Below are positions 49,937 through 59,564 of a DNA stretch of 64,000 nt, in pieces; position 1 is the first letter of the stretch; each line of letters starts with the position of its first letter. Origin of the DNA: Escherichia phage vB_EcoM_JN03; sequence record OR885871, one strand, 5' to 3'. The notes beneath the pieces were generated by a model. The model searched no databases. It was given only the letters and a program-made list of their open reading frames with translations, and had not been told where the DNA came from. The position numbers and the translations under genes are program-made.

Positions 49937-50265
49937 AAGATCCCCAAGTCGGTAAGGTAACGATAAAACAAGATTATAGACAGAAATCCAATTAACACCC
50001 AAGACGACAGGATGGGCTTGCAATTTAGCGTAGTCTTTCCATTGGGTATGTTGGGACTTCCAGTAATAACAACCGAATCCGTTTTAGCTCTCAGCGTCAT
50101 GACAGAACCCATGAGGATGATTGGGCGCACATAATGCCCTTCATGATTGCGCTTCACGATACATGGTGAAGAAAATCGCAGAAACGGATCACCGCTTTTA
50201 TAACCAAATAACTCGACCTTTTGTATTTCTTCGGGTACTTTCTGACCAGGAAAGAATATTCTCAT
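49933..50265 (-). CDS. hypothetical protein
   Basis: ATGA-coupled to metallophosphatase gene. Confidence 0.35.
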
Positions 50266-50822
50266 AACACAATTCCTAAATTTGTGTATAATAACTCAGC
50301 CAGGGTTACAGGACGCTTGAATTGTTCCCAACTGCAGTTCAGGTATTCGCGCTCTTCGCGAATATTGTCGTGAAGATGACCATGGATATTATACGCCCAA
50401 CGGTCTAATTGATAAGGAACATGTGTTGTCAACACACGGCCAACAGGCGTGTCACGTTCATACATAGCGCCGAAGGAGCTAATCCAGCCGTCCAGATACA
50501 GAGACAACAACATCTTAAAGCTGTCATGGTTGCCTTGTGCCACCTTGATGATAAAGTTCGGACGCCAGTCATCGGGAACGGGGCGTCGCTTAAACTCATC
50601 AATGTTTCGCTTGGCACCCTCCCGCATCAGGCGAATGAACCCTTCAGCCCCGATGAAGCATATATCACCAGCCAGTTCAAGAACGTCCCGAGACTTCAAC
50701 CCCTGAAAGATACTGTCAATGACCGCAGCGTCATGGGCTTCCTGTGTATCAAATCCACGCGGTTTAAAGACCTTCTTATGCCCAAGATGAGTGTCACCAA
50801 GGTGCTTTACAATTCCCGCCAT
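50262..50822 (-). CDS. calcineurin-like metallophosphoesterase
   Basis: GDTHLG, GNHD and GHLH motifs; RBS GAGGAA before ATG 50822. Confidence 0.55.
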
Positions 50823-51163
50823 TATGGTTTCCTCAGCCATTCTAAAATCGGCACGTCCACAAACCCTTTATGCCAACGATGCGGTTTGTGACCTCTATTA
50901 TGTTCGAGCAAACACGTGTCTGGTGGGACACTGAAGTGGATGCCTTCGATGTCGTAGTAATGTCCGTCAATCAGAGTATACACATGACCTTCGATCTGAC
51001 TGTAATGGATCTCTGCTTGAGGATACACATGCTTCAGAACCAGAGCAACCTGATAGCACTTTCCGTTCTTCCCAACATACTCAACATCCACCTGTTGTGG
51101 GAAGACGTCTTTGATAAGATTTATCAATCTCGTGATGTCATTTACAACAACCGAACATTTCAT
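50822..51163 (-). CDS. hypothetical protein
   Basis: Coupled ORF, His-rich. Confidence 0.35.
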
Positions 51164-51165
51164 CT

Positions 51166-51828
51166 CTATGATAACTCATGGCGATGTCGAACACACGCAG
51201 GGCAATCACAATTCTTTTTCAAAATTGGCAATTCACACCATGTCATTAAGTCATGTATTGGGGACATGTGATGATAGAACCAAGATTTCTTGAGACTAAT
51301 CAATGGATATAAAATTTCAATAGGTCTTTCCCCGTCTCTGGTCATCATGTTGTACCCTTCAATGACTTTATTAAAGGCGGGTATCCAGTGTATTGCGTCA
51401 TCGCCGTTAACATATGCCAAGATATACGTGGAAGGCAAGCCGCTGCCTTTAAATTGCGTGTTTAATAACCATATCGGGGCTTGTGCTAAACAAGCGCGAA
51501 AACCACCGTTCGGGACGTTGATGCTACTGATAGGTTCTTGATGATGTGTCCAACGATACATGAGAAGTGGGGCATTTTTATTAATCCAGTTGTGTATTTT
51601 ATTCCTCGCCCAATTTTCGCGCTTAGATTTAAATTTATTATTTTCGAGGTGGCAATACACAGTATGAACTGAATATCCTTTCGATAACAACCAAATCAAC
51701 ATGTATGTGCTATCCACCCCACCAGACCAGAACAACGTCACTTCTTGATTATTCTGCGGCAATGGAGCATCCCCTTGAAGAACACGGTATACAAAATCAC
51801 AATCAGATACTGAGACAACAATTTCCAT
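51166..51828 (-). CDS. PP-loop ATPase, QueC-like
   Basis: PP-loop SGGVDST; C-terminal Cys cluster C-x9-CDCPAC. Confidence 0.4.
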   Translation of the reverse strand: MEIVVSVSDCDFVYRVLQGDAPLPQNNQEVTLFWSGGVDSTYMLIWLLSKGYSVHTVYCHLENNKFKSKRENWARNKIHNWINKNAPLLMYRWTHHQEPISSINVPNGGFRACLAQAPIWLLNTQFKGSGLPSTYILAYVNGDDAIHWIPAFNKVIEGYNMMTRDGERPIEILYPLISLKKSWFYHHMSPIHDLMTWCELPILKKNCDCPACVRHRHELS

Positions 51829-52124
51829 TAAAATATTCCTCTTAAAGAATCATTTATCCTGCGCAATTCGTTTTCCACTTTTATCTTCATATTTTTATCG
51901 TCGTTCACGAAAATCATTTTATCTAAATCTTCGCCATTAATCTTTGTATAAAAATAAATGTCATGCTCAAAGAAAATCGTTTTTCCAACAGAACGCATGG
52001 CAAAGAACGTTGCAATAGTTCTTGGTAAAGGTTTGAATTTAATGGCATTGAAACGCAAAGCCTGATAGAGAGGTTTTAATGTTCCTAAGCGAATACAATG
52101 CTGGATAATTTCTTGCTCTTTCAT
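51828..52124 (-). CDS. hypothetical protein
   Basis: TAATG-coupled. Confidence 0.35.
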   Translation of the reverse strand: MKEQEIIQHCIRLGTLKPLYQALRFNAIKFKPLPRTIATFFAMRSVGKTIFFEHDIYFYTKINGEDLDKMIFVNDDKNMKIKVENELRRINDSLRGIF

Positions 52125-52180
52125 TTGTTGTGCGCCATAAAGATATGATGGTACAATGATAATACATTATACAAATAGAA

Positions 52181-52198
52181 AAGCCCCTTTCGGGGCTT
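52181..52198 (-). terminator. rho-independent terminator
   Basis: AAGCCCC-TTT-CGGGGCTT then TTTTCTATTT on minus strand. Confidence 0.5.
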
Positions 52199-52487
52199 AT
52201 TTGTCTTCAGATTCGTACAAACGCCAATTGCCGATGCTAAACCATTCCCCCACATTATTTGAATATCTGGTTGTTCGGACTCCTCCGACTTCATACGCCC
52301 ATTTGAAGAATTTCCATTTGGACGATAAAGAAGGACATTCGCTTCCGGATTTCAAAGAACACGCTGTGAGCCAACGCGTAATACTGAGAGCCTGAAAAAT
52401 CGGATGGATAAATGAAGAATACAATATCCAAAGCGTTATGGCAACAAAAACAATGGTCGTGATCACCCCGACAATTTGAAAGAACAT
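52197..52487 (-). CDS. small membrane protein
   Basis: RBS GGAGG 7 nt before ATG; N-terminal TM. Confidence 0.35.
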   Translation of the reverse strand: MFFQIVGVITTIVFVAITLWILYSSFIHPIFQALSITRWLTACSLKSGSECPSLSSKWKFFKWAYEVGGVRTTRYSNNVGEWFSIGNWRLYESEDK

Positions 52488-52563
52488 TTAAGAACCTCCA
52501 AAATATTGAACACAGACTATGAAGAAAACTATGATTGTAAACAACCATGAAACAAGGAAAGAT

Positions 52564-53196
52564 TCATCCTTCCACCTTCAGCCCCATCAGGTCTTCCATG
52601 GTTTTCTGAATGCGTAGCCAGTCAAGCGCCGCATCATAACGAGGGTCATGATAGATCATACCTTCCAGTTCCCACGCCTTGATACCAGCATATCGATCCT
52701 GCTGCCCAATACCCTTCAGCCAGCTTACGATGTCAAATGTGTGGTGATAGTCCCAAGGTTCGTTGGAATCTTGCTTACACGTCACCTCAATGATGTGCTG
52801 AGCCTTGCGTAGGTCAAACAGATTCCTATCACACCAGTCAACCGATCGCGGGTCGATCCCAAGGCGATGGCATCCCTTGCGAATTTCATCGGCCAATTTG
52901 AAAATAGAAATATCCTTGTCGGTCGGATATAGACTGATAGCTCGGGCGGCGTCGCACGGGTTGCGTTTACCTGTACCCAGCCACCATTCCACAGTGCCCT
53001 GGTCTTTCACACGGCCAAGTTCAATCTGTTCTTTGACATTCAGTTTGATAAATGTCGTGCGCTCTACAACAAGCTGCTGAAGAGTATAACGCTTGGTCAG
53101 GTCGGCGATAGTCTGTGCCCAAGACAACATGACAGCATCATCCCAACGACCGAGAGTTTCGCTATCAGCGACGGCCAAGAAATTAGATTTATACAT
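52564..53196 (-). CDS. DnaQ/DEDD-type 3'-5' exonuclease-like protein
   Basis: AVADSETLG (DxE-type) and YHHTFD (H-x4-D-type). Confidence 0.4.
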   Translation of the reverse strand: MYKSNFLAVADSETLGRWDDAVMLSWAQTIADLTKRYTLQQLVVERTTFIKLNVKEQIELGRVKDQGTVEWWLGTGKRNPCDAARAISLYPTDKDISIFKLADEIRKGCHRLGIDPRSVDWCDRNLFDLRKAQHIIEVTCKQDSNEPWDYHHTFDIVSWLKGIGQQDRYAGIKAWELEGMIYHDPRYDAALDWLRIQKTMEDLMGLKVEG

Positions 53197-53533
53197 CAGT
53201 TTCCCCTGCTTTCTCTAAAAGGAGTTTCAAAGGATATGTCCCACAAGCGGTGGCATACTCGACTTTGAAATATGAATTATCGTTCATGGCGAAATTGCGA
53301 TGTGGGAAATATTCCCCGTCATCCAACCCGCCTAATCCCCCGCCGACGCGATATTGTTTTAACTCGACTTCGCCGCCATAACGGAGTTGGGCATATAGGC
53401 CGATAGGAGCGCGAACATAATGCTCCAGCCATACCCAATTTCCATCGTGTAAACGTGTAGGGATAAATGCAAAACGCACCTTGGGATGAAGAACGGCTTT
53501 GGCGAGCATCTCTTCTGTTATTTCACGCTTCAT
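53189..53533 (-). CDS. hypothetical protein
   Basis: Coupled ORF. Confidence 0.35.
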   Translation of the reverse strand: MKREITEEMLAKAVLHPKVRFAFIPTRLHDGNWVWLEHYVRAPIGLYAQLRYGGEVELKQYRVGGGLGGLDDGEYFPHRNFAMNDNSYFKVEYATACGTYPLKLLLEKAGETDV

Positions 53534-54150
53534 CCAATACCTTCCTCTTCGATGATATCTTCTTCACTAGCGACGACAGAGATTCCGTGGTCTACCATCT
53601 GGGAAAGTTCTTGTAAATCTTGTTCAAACCCGTCACCCTGTCGGATATAAAAGACGGGTACGACACGACGCCTGGTATCTTCGAAGATAGTCTCCGCGAT
53701 TTTATTAATCTGACTCACCACGTGAAACAGTTTTAATCCACCGATGCCACAGCCGATGGCGGGTAAACCAACATAGACTGTTTCGTCAGTTTTTGCCTCA
53801 ATGATATCGTGAACTTGTTCAAACATAATCTGAACTGAACTGATAATGGAAGGCATGCGTGCGTTAGGACCAGGGTAGAACTGAGTATACAAATTGAATC
53901 CCCAGACACCAGTGTCATGATCAAACGCATAGGACATGTTCCCCAAACGTTGTTCCGGACCACGTTCATCTAATTGGTCGGCTCGGTAAATTTCTGGGAA
54001 ATCTAATCGAACATGGTTGGCGATACCTGCGCCCATCACAGACCAACAATTTGCGCCATGAGCGAAAGCATTGATGAGATTAAAACTCGTAGCGGCTTTC
54101 AGTAAATCGCCGTTTGTGATAACATATGTGGTCATGCGTAACGTCTCCAT
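53530..54150 (-). CDS. macro-domain (ADP-ribose binding/hydrolase)-like protein
   Basis: INAFAHGANCWSVMGAGIA and GLPAIGCGIGGL resemble macro NAAN...GGGV and P-x-I-G-x-G motifs. Confidence 0.4.
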   Translation of the reverse strand: METLRMTTYVITNGDLLKAATSFNLINAFAHGANCWSVMGAGIANHVRLDFPEIYRADQLDERGPEQRLGNMSYAFDHDTGVWGFNLYTQFYPGPNARMPSIISSVQIMFEQVHDIIEAKTDETVYVGLPAIGCGIGGLKLFHVVSQINKIAETIFEDTRRRVVPVFYIRQGDGFEQDLQELSQMVDHGISVVASEEDIIEEEGIG

Positions 54151-54368
54151 TGTATAATTTCGTTGTTGACACAGCTAACCTGGATGATACACATATTCTG
54201 GCGATGGTCAGTGAGTGTCATAATAAAACTGTCTGTCTGTGCCATAACACAATTGACAGATATTCCTCGCATTATCAAACGAACACAGATTTCTTGATAT
54301 AATCGTTTCATGTATCCTGAAACTGAAGCGGACTCATACACGCGTTCAAATTCATATAACTCGTTCAT
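54132..54368 (-). CDS. hypothetical protein
   Basis: Small coupled ORF. Confidence 0.3.
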   Translation of the reverse strand: MNELYEFERVYESASVSGYMKRLYQEICVRLIMRGISVNCVMAQTDSFIMTLTDHRQNMCIIQVSCVNNEIIQWRRYA

Positions 54369-54589
54369 TTATTCAGACCATCAATAGCGTGTTCAGAAAT
54401 ATATTCAACGAATTGGTTATCAGCTGCCATCTTTAAAAGTTCAAATAATTCCGTTCCAACGGTACTCCCAAACATCCCTTCCAATACACTCTGAACATCT
54501 TCATCTATTTCTTCGATGACGAGTCCATACGATTTCAGGCGGCGTGAAATAGCACGGAACTGGGCAATATCACCAATTTCATTTGCCAT
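54365..54589 (-). CDS. hypothetical protein
   Basis: Small coupled ORF. Confidence 0.3.
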   Translation of the reverse strand: MANEIGDIAQFRAISRRLKSYGLVIEEIDEDVQSVLEGMFGSTVGTELFELLKMAADNQFVEYISEHAIDGLNK

Positions 54590-54638
54590 GTTATTTGTCT
54601 CATTATGGGGTTAGGCGGCAATTATACCGCCAATTTAT

Positions 54639-55052
54639 TCAATAGAGGTCTTCGGAAAAGAGTTCTTTGAAAGGAGTGTTCTTCAAACGGACCTGATTAG
54701 TTTGTCCGGCTTCACGAGCGACCACAGCGGCCTCTTCACGGGACATCCATTGCCCATAGTTATCAATAAACCCTTGTTCACGAGTGTGGGTGGTTTCGAT
54801 AATACCTGCTTCCTTCAATCGTTTGAGTTGCGTGTTCATCAATTTGTCGTGATGTCGGGCGCTTACAACGATCACATCACCATATTTGTTGGCAGCAGCC
54901 ACAACACGCCGATCAAACTTGGTTGGGTCAGGTATATCACGAGTATACAATGCGATGTGAGTGTCGTCCACGTCCCCTTTCACCTCAGAATATAACCGAC
55001 ACCCATTAGGAGATCCAGTAGGTAAAGAACGAAAATATCCAAGTAATTTCAT
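54639..55052 (-). CDS. hypothetical protein
   Basis: 137-aa ORF. Confidence 0.35.
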   Translation of the reverse strand: MKLLGYFRSLPTGSPNGCRLYSEVKGDVDDTHIALYTRDIPDPTKFDRRVVAAANKYGDVIVVSARHHDKLMNTQLKRLKEAGIIETTHTREQGFIDNYGQWMSREEAAVVAREAGQTNQVRLKNTPFKELFSEDLY

Positions 55053-55055
55053 AAT

Positions 55056-55415
55056 CTAATCTATCCATATTTCAGGTTCGGGGATATCAACCATCTCCAC
55101 CGTTTGATTCTTTAATTCGTGGAAACAGTCACCAAGGAATTGTAATTTACCATCAGTCAAGAACAAATGACAACGACTCGCCGGATCAGAATGATTCACC
55201 AACAGACTAGGAGTGAAAGTCGGTGATTCGAGATCGTGATTCCATTGCCATATTGGGCCAGGCATTTGCCCTGAAATGCGATAAGGATGAAGCATATTAC
55301 ATCCAGGACAATGAAAATATATGGAACCACCCATTGATAATAATTTTGGAGTCAATAATTTTGACATATCACGCCTCCACTTCTTCATCAGGATTGTATG
55401 GGCGTAATTCTCCAA
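55056..55415 (-). CDS. zinc-binding hypothetical protein
   Basis: CPGC...H...C..H pattern. Confidence 0.35.
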   Translation of the reverse strand: MENYAHTILMKKWRRDMSKLLTPKLLSMGGSIYFHCPGCNMLHPYRISGQMPGPIWQWNHDLESPTFTPSLLVNHSDPASRCHLFLTDGKLQFLGDCFHELKNQTVEMVDIPEPEIWID

Positions 55416-55647
55416 TTAACTTAGGGAATAATGCGAATCCAAATAAATTAAATGAACGCATGGTGCCAACCATACCCACTTCATCCGATTCGGTTACATC
55501 AGAAAGAGCGCAAAGAGGTATCCATAAATCTTGTTGACCTTCATGATTGACAAAAGCAACTTCCTCTTTAATAAAACGAGGGCATAAGATATCGAACAAC
55601 CAATAGAAGAAAGCCGGCAATGAGAGACTGCGGAAATATACAAACAT
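55369..55647 (-). CDS. small membrane protein
   Basis: RBS GAGGAG before ATG 55647; hydrophobic N-terminus. Confidence 0.3.
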   Translation of the reverse strand: MFVYFRSLSLPAFFYWLFDILCPRFIKEEVAFVNHEGQQDLWIPLCALSDVTESDEVGMVGTMRSFNLFGFALFPKLIGELRPYNPDEEVEA

Positions 55648-55689
55648 GGTGAACTCCTCGCTTGTTTGGAGGGAATTCACCCTCCAGAT

Positions 55690-57030
55690 TTATAGGCCCA
55701 ATGCCTTTTCAAGATCATCTAAATCTTCAATATAAAGATCGATGTCTTGCTTATTATTTAATTCTTCTCGTTGAACTTCTAAATTCTTTATCTGGTTCAA
55801 CAAACGTTCACGGGCATCTAGTGTAATTGATGATAAAGACATCTTGAATAAATCATCGAGATCGCCATCAAAATCAGGATAGTCTGTCTGGAATAACGCT
55901 TTCAGTTCCGTGAGGCTCCGGCGCATATCTGTAACGACAGCCCACCCAATGAATATGGCACGATTGTTCAAACGGTGTATTTTGTCGGTCAATTCCTTGA
56001 TAAGATACTGACGTCTATCTTCATAGCGACTCAGGCGATAATTGAAAAATGGAAGCAACATGTCTTTCCAACCATCGTAACGGTGAATAACACCATCTTC
56101 ATCCCAAGCTGTCCACACGGGCTTATTAGCTGAGTAGAGGCGGAACATTTGTTCAACCTGTTCGTCATTCAACTTAGACAATTCACCCCGCTTGAATACA
56201 ACAGTGATATCCCAACCATCTTCGGTCGTATCGTTGGCGTACTCAGTGAGGACTCCCGCCTTGTACAGGGGCAACAGCACTTTGGTCTCATAGGTTTTAG
56301 AGAACCAACCAATAGGAACCTCGGTGATGTTCAAAGTGGTTGCATTAACGCGGGTGAACAATCCACGACTGTATGCTCTTCCTTCCTCAGTATAGCCTGT
56401 CTCTCCTTTGAAACCATTCCAGTACGGTTTTAAGTCCTTCGGGTCTTCGCCACGGAGAAGTGCTCTCAGGGCACTGAGCACGGACTTAACGCAGTGACAT
56501 GGGGTGTCGGTGGCATAACCCGAGCCGATACCATTTATACCATTCACGAGAAACATGGGCAGGATGGGTAAAAAGAATTTCGGCTCCAGTTTCTCTTCCC
56601 CAAGATAATTGTATTCCAATATCCCATCGTCCTCCTTTCGGAAGATTTTACGGATAACTTCAGACACTGCCACTGAAATATAACGAGCGGAAGACGCTTC
56701 GCGCCCCATGATTGAACCAAACTGTCCGTCGCGGTCAAAGTATGGGATGTTATTCGTACCTGGGAACCCCTGAGCCATGTTCACGATCGTACCGCTCATG
56801 TTCTCACCACCGGATTTGTAATTCGTGCGAGCGGCGGCGTACATGCCAAGGCGGTCAACAATCTCCTCCTTGTTGTATTCAAGAGCAGCGAAGAGGATCT
56901 TGCGCTGACTTGGCTTCAGGCTGTCAATCAGCTGAGGGATTTGACGGATGCTGTTAACCACGGAAAACTCTTTATGATCCCCGTTGATAAATTCTGTTAC
57001 GGTAATACTTTTAGCAACCATCTTATTCAT
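55690..57030 (-). CDS. DNA topoisomerase II cleavage subunit (gp52/GyrA-like)
   Basis: Active-site region ASSARYISVA; start near 57030 or 57021. Confidence 0.7.
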   Translation of the reverse strand: MNKMVAKSITVTEFINGDHKEFSVVNSIRQIPQLIDSLKPSQRKILFAALEYNKEEIVDRLGMYAAARTNYKSGGENMSGTIVNMAQGFPGTNNIPYFDRDGQFGSIMGREASSARYISVAVSEVIRKIFRKEDDGILEYNYLGEEKLEPKFFLPILPMFLVNGINGIGSGYATDTPCHCVKSVLSALRALLRGEDPKDLKPYWNGFKGETGYTEEGRAYSRGLFTRVNATTLNITEVPIGWFSKTYETKVLLPLYKAGVLTEYANDTTEDGWDITVVFKRGELSKLNDEQVEQMFRLYSANKPVWTAWDEDGVIHRYDGWKDMLLPFFNYRLSRYEDRRQYLIKELTDKIHRLNNRAIFIGWAVVTDMRRSLTELKALFQTDYPDFDGDLDDLFKMSLSSITLDARERLLNQIKNLEVQREELNNKQDIDLYIEDLDDLEKALGL

Positions 57031-58936
57031 CCTCGGTTTCAAATAGGCAAACATCGCTAAACCAGGTTTTGCGGTAATCAGCAGCCTCATCACCGAAACC
57101 ATTCTTCAGTGACTGCTTGTATCCATCGTCCAGCGTGACCGTCGTAGTATACGCATCCAGGTTGTTTAGAATACGCTTGAAGTCTTCAGTGCTGTTACCG
57201 CCAAGACCTTTCAGATATTTCTTCTTCGTTATCTTCTTGGCGTCAGGTGTCTTCAGGAACTCCTCATATTCGGCATTGTTCATGAATTCATGCATTATAT
57301 TACCACACCACACGCGCATGTATGGAGTACGAAGGAGCTTCAGCCTACCCTGACGAACGTATTCAGGCCAGAACGTACAATACAGAGTTATTAACAACCC
57401 ACGGATGTGAATGCCGTCGTCATCCGCGTCTGTTGCCACGACGGTCTGTGGATAGCGACTGATATCAAGCGGCTGGCCTGGCACAGCACCGCCGTGAATG
57501 GTGCATAAATTCTTGAATTCTTCGTTCGCCATCACCTTTGAGCGCGGGGCGTTCAGGCAGTTGATGAACTTACCACGAAGCGGGAACAAACCAATTTTCT
57601 TGGTATCACGAGCGTTCAGGATAGGGTTGGATGCGCTATCACCTTCTGTCAGTAGCAGAGAACACCCACTGCGGTCGCCTCTGGCGGTCGCCGGATAATA
57701 CTTCTCAATCTCACGATAATCCCGTTTGCTGATATCCTTCTTCGCCTTTTCAAATTCGGCATCTTCTTGTTCATTGCGTAATGAAGCCAGTTCTTTACTC
57801 AGCCCTGCTGTCACGAACTCAAGCGCCTTGCGAATCAGTTTATCGCTGGGCTTGTAGGACGTACCAAACTGGCTCACAGGAGTCGTCATGCGCTCCTTGG
57901 TCTGGCTGTCAAAGCGAGGGTTGTTGATGTCGGCGGCGATGAACAATGACATGTGGTTCTTGATCATCGCTGGCTTCAGTTCGGTCTTGAACTTCTTAAC
58001 CAGCTGAGGGCGTATCGCCGCCACGATCTGGTCAGCAACATAATCAACGTGAGGTCCACCGATGTGCGTGGCGATTGAGTTCACGTATGATGCATGCATG
58101 AACGCACCAGATGAGGGAGTGATAGCAACAGACCAATCATCCGTTTCATCAACAGCCGAGCCAGCGTAGAAGTAATCAACGAAATGACCAAATCGATCAA
58201 TGCGGATTTGCTTGCCGTTGAGAACAACCTTCAGGCGCGGGTTGCATGCCGCCACTTCGAATGCACGACGGTAAATCATGAGCAGGTTGTTCTGGTCAAG
58301 CCCCTTAACACCCAGGCGCGCATAATCAGGGATCCAGGCAATAGTGGTGCCGAACTCTTTCGGTGTATTGCCGATGACCGGATTGGACTTCTTGCTCATG
58401 TTGTCTTCAAACAGCTGAGTATAAGACTTCTTGCCGTCACTGGTAGCAACGCGGAACCACTTTGAGAACACGTTGACGAGCGAAGCCCCTTCACCGTTCT
58501 GGCCGCCGGACTTCTGGTTGTTGTACTCCTCGTCCTCATCGTTGAAGTTGCTGCCCGCATAGAGCGAGCCAAACAACATCTCAGGGAGCCACTCATTGGT
58601 GACGCCATGCTTGACCACAGGGATACCCCCGTTGTCGGAAACGATGATTTGACCGTTCATAGGGGAGACCGTGACGGTGATTTCCGTCAAGCCTTTACCC
58701 TCAGGGGTCTTGCTGTGGTCAACACAGTTGGTGATGATTTCATCAAACTGTTTGATCAGCGCAGGGGAGTACTCAAAGTTGTCACGGAAGATGACTTTGT
58801 CTTTGGTTGGGTCATACACCCACACCGTCCCCACAGACGAACGGATACTGCCCAGATGACGCTCTGGGCGAAGTAGGATATGCTCTATGTGAGTGAGCTT
58901 TTTGTATTTGCGTTCAATATCAATTTTGTTGGACAT
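57023..58936 (-). CDS. DNA topoisomerase II ATPase/Toprim subunit (gp39+gp60 equivalent, single ORF)
   Basis: GyrB-like N-terminus, Toprim LLTEGDSA; 637 aa uninterrupted. Confidence 0.8.
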   Translation of the reverse strand: MSNKIDIERKYKKLTHIEHILLRPERHLGSIRSSVGTVWVYDPTKDKVIFRDNFEYSPALIKQFDEIITNCVDHSKTPEGKGLTEITVTVSPMNGQIIVSDNGGIPVVKHGVTNEWLPEMLFGSLYAGSNFNDEDEEYNNQKSGGQNGEGASLVNVFSKWFRVATSDGKKSYTQLFEDNMSKKSNPVIGNTPKEFGTTIAWIPDYARLGVKGLDQNNLLMIYRRAFEVAACNPRLKVVLNGKQIRIDRFGHFVDYFYAGSAVDETDDWSVAITPSSGAFMHASYVNSIATHIGGPHVDYVADQIVAAIRPQLVKKFKTELKPAMIKNHMSLFIAADINNPRFDSQTKERMTTPVSQFGTSYKPSDKLIRKALEFVTAGLSKELASLRNEQEDAEFEKAKKDISKRDYREIEKYYPATARGDRSGCSLLLTEGDSASNPILNARDTKKIGLFPLRGKFINCLNAPRSKVMANEEFKNLCTIHGGAVPGQPLDISRYPQTVVATDADDDGIHIRGLLITLYCTFWPEYVRQGRLKLLRTPYMRVWCGNIMHEFMNNAEYEEFLKTPDAKKITKKKYLKGLGGNSTEDFKRILNNLDAYTTTVTLDDGYKQSLKNGFGDEAADYRKTWFSDVCLFETEDE

Positions 58937-58985
58937 CGGCCTATCCCGTCAATGGTAAACACACAAGATTATGTATGGGGTTGGC

Positions 58986-59564
58986 TTATAGACCAAATTT
59001 ACCACGCCACTTTTCAACTTTGTGTTCTATGGCATGTTCTACTTTAACGATCGTGTTGATATGGTTTTGATTATACCCACACGCCAATTTGGCAGTATTG
59101 CGTATCAGATTTGAAACCAGGTCCACCATATTATCTTCTGAACGTTGAGGTTGGTTCAGTAAACGAGTGATGCGGCCTTTGTAATGATTAACCATCGCAA
59201 GATATTTGTCTATAGTTTCAACACCACTACAGAACCAATAATCTTCCAACGTATGTTGGCTGAGATCAGTTGTGTGATTGGCCGTAGCCAAAGCAAACAC
59301 CATGGAGTCAAAGATTTCTTCTTTGGTCATAGACCCATGTTGTTGAACTTGTTGATAATCCACAACATATAATAGATCCAGAGCCGAGATGATAACGTCC
59401 GCCACTTCACCGTTCAGGGGTTCGGATGCAGCGATTCCATAAAGCACATCTGATAGTTCACAAGACTCTTCCACGAGTTTGCAATATACAAACACAGGAG
59501 AACGATTAGGATCGCGCTGGCTGAGTTCATATGATGTGTTGAAGATAGTTTTTAGAAAATTCAT
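58986..59564 (-). CDS. MazG-like all-alpha nucleotide pyrophosphohydrolase, tentative
   Basis: LVEESCELSD...EVADVIISALD resembles EExxE...ExxD metal-binding pattern. Confidence 0.3.
   Translation of the reverse strand: MNFLKTIFNTSYELSQRDPNRSPVFVYCKLVEESCELSDVLYGIAASEPLNGEVADVIISALDLLYVVDYQQVQQHGSMTKEEIFDSMVFALATANHTTDLSQHTLEDYWFCSGVETIDKYLAMVNHYKGRITRLLNQPQRSEDNMVDLVSNLIRNTAKLACGYNQNHINTIVKVEHAIEHKVEKWRGKFGL

Noticed and set aside
49586-50265. Two minus-strand ORFs overlapping by 90 nt in different frames, which looked like a frameshifted gene or programmed frameshift
   Set aside because: The downstream ORF's listed start is a TTG far upstream. An in-frame ATG at 49936 overlaps the upstream stop (ATGA), giving two ordinary coupled genes.
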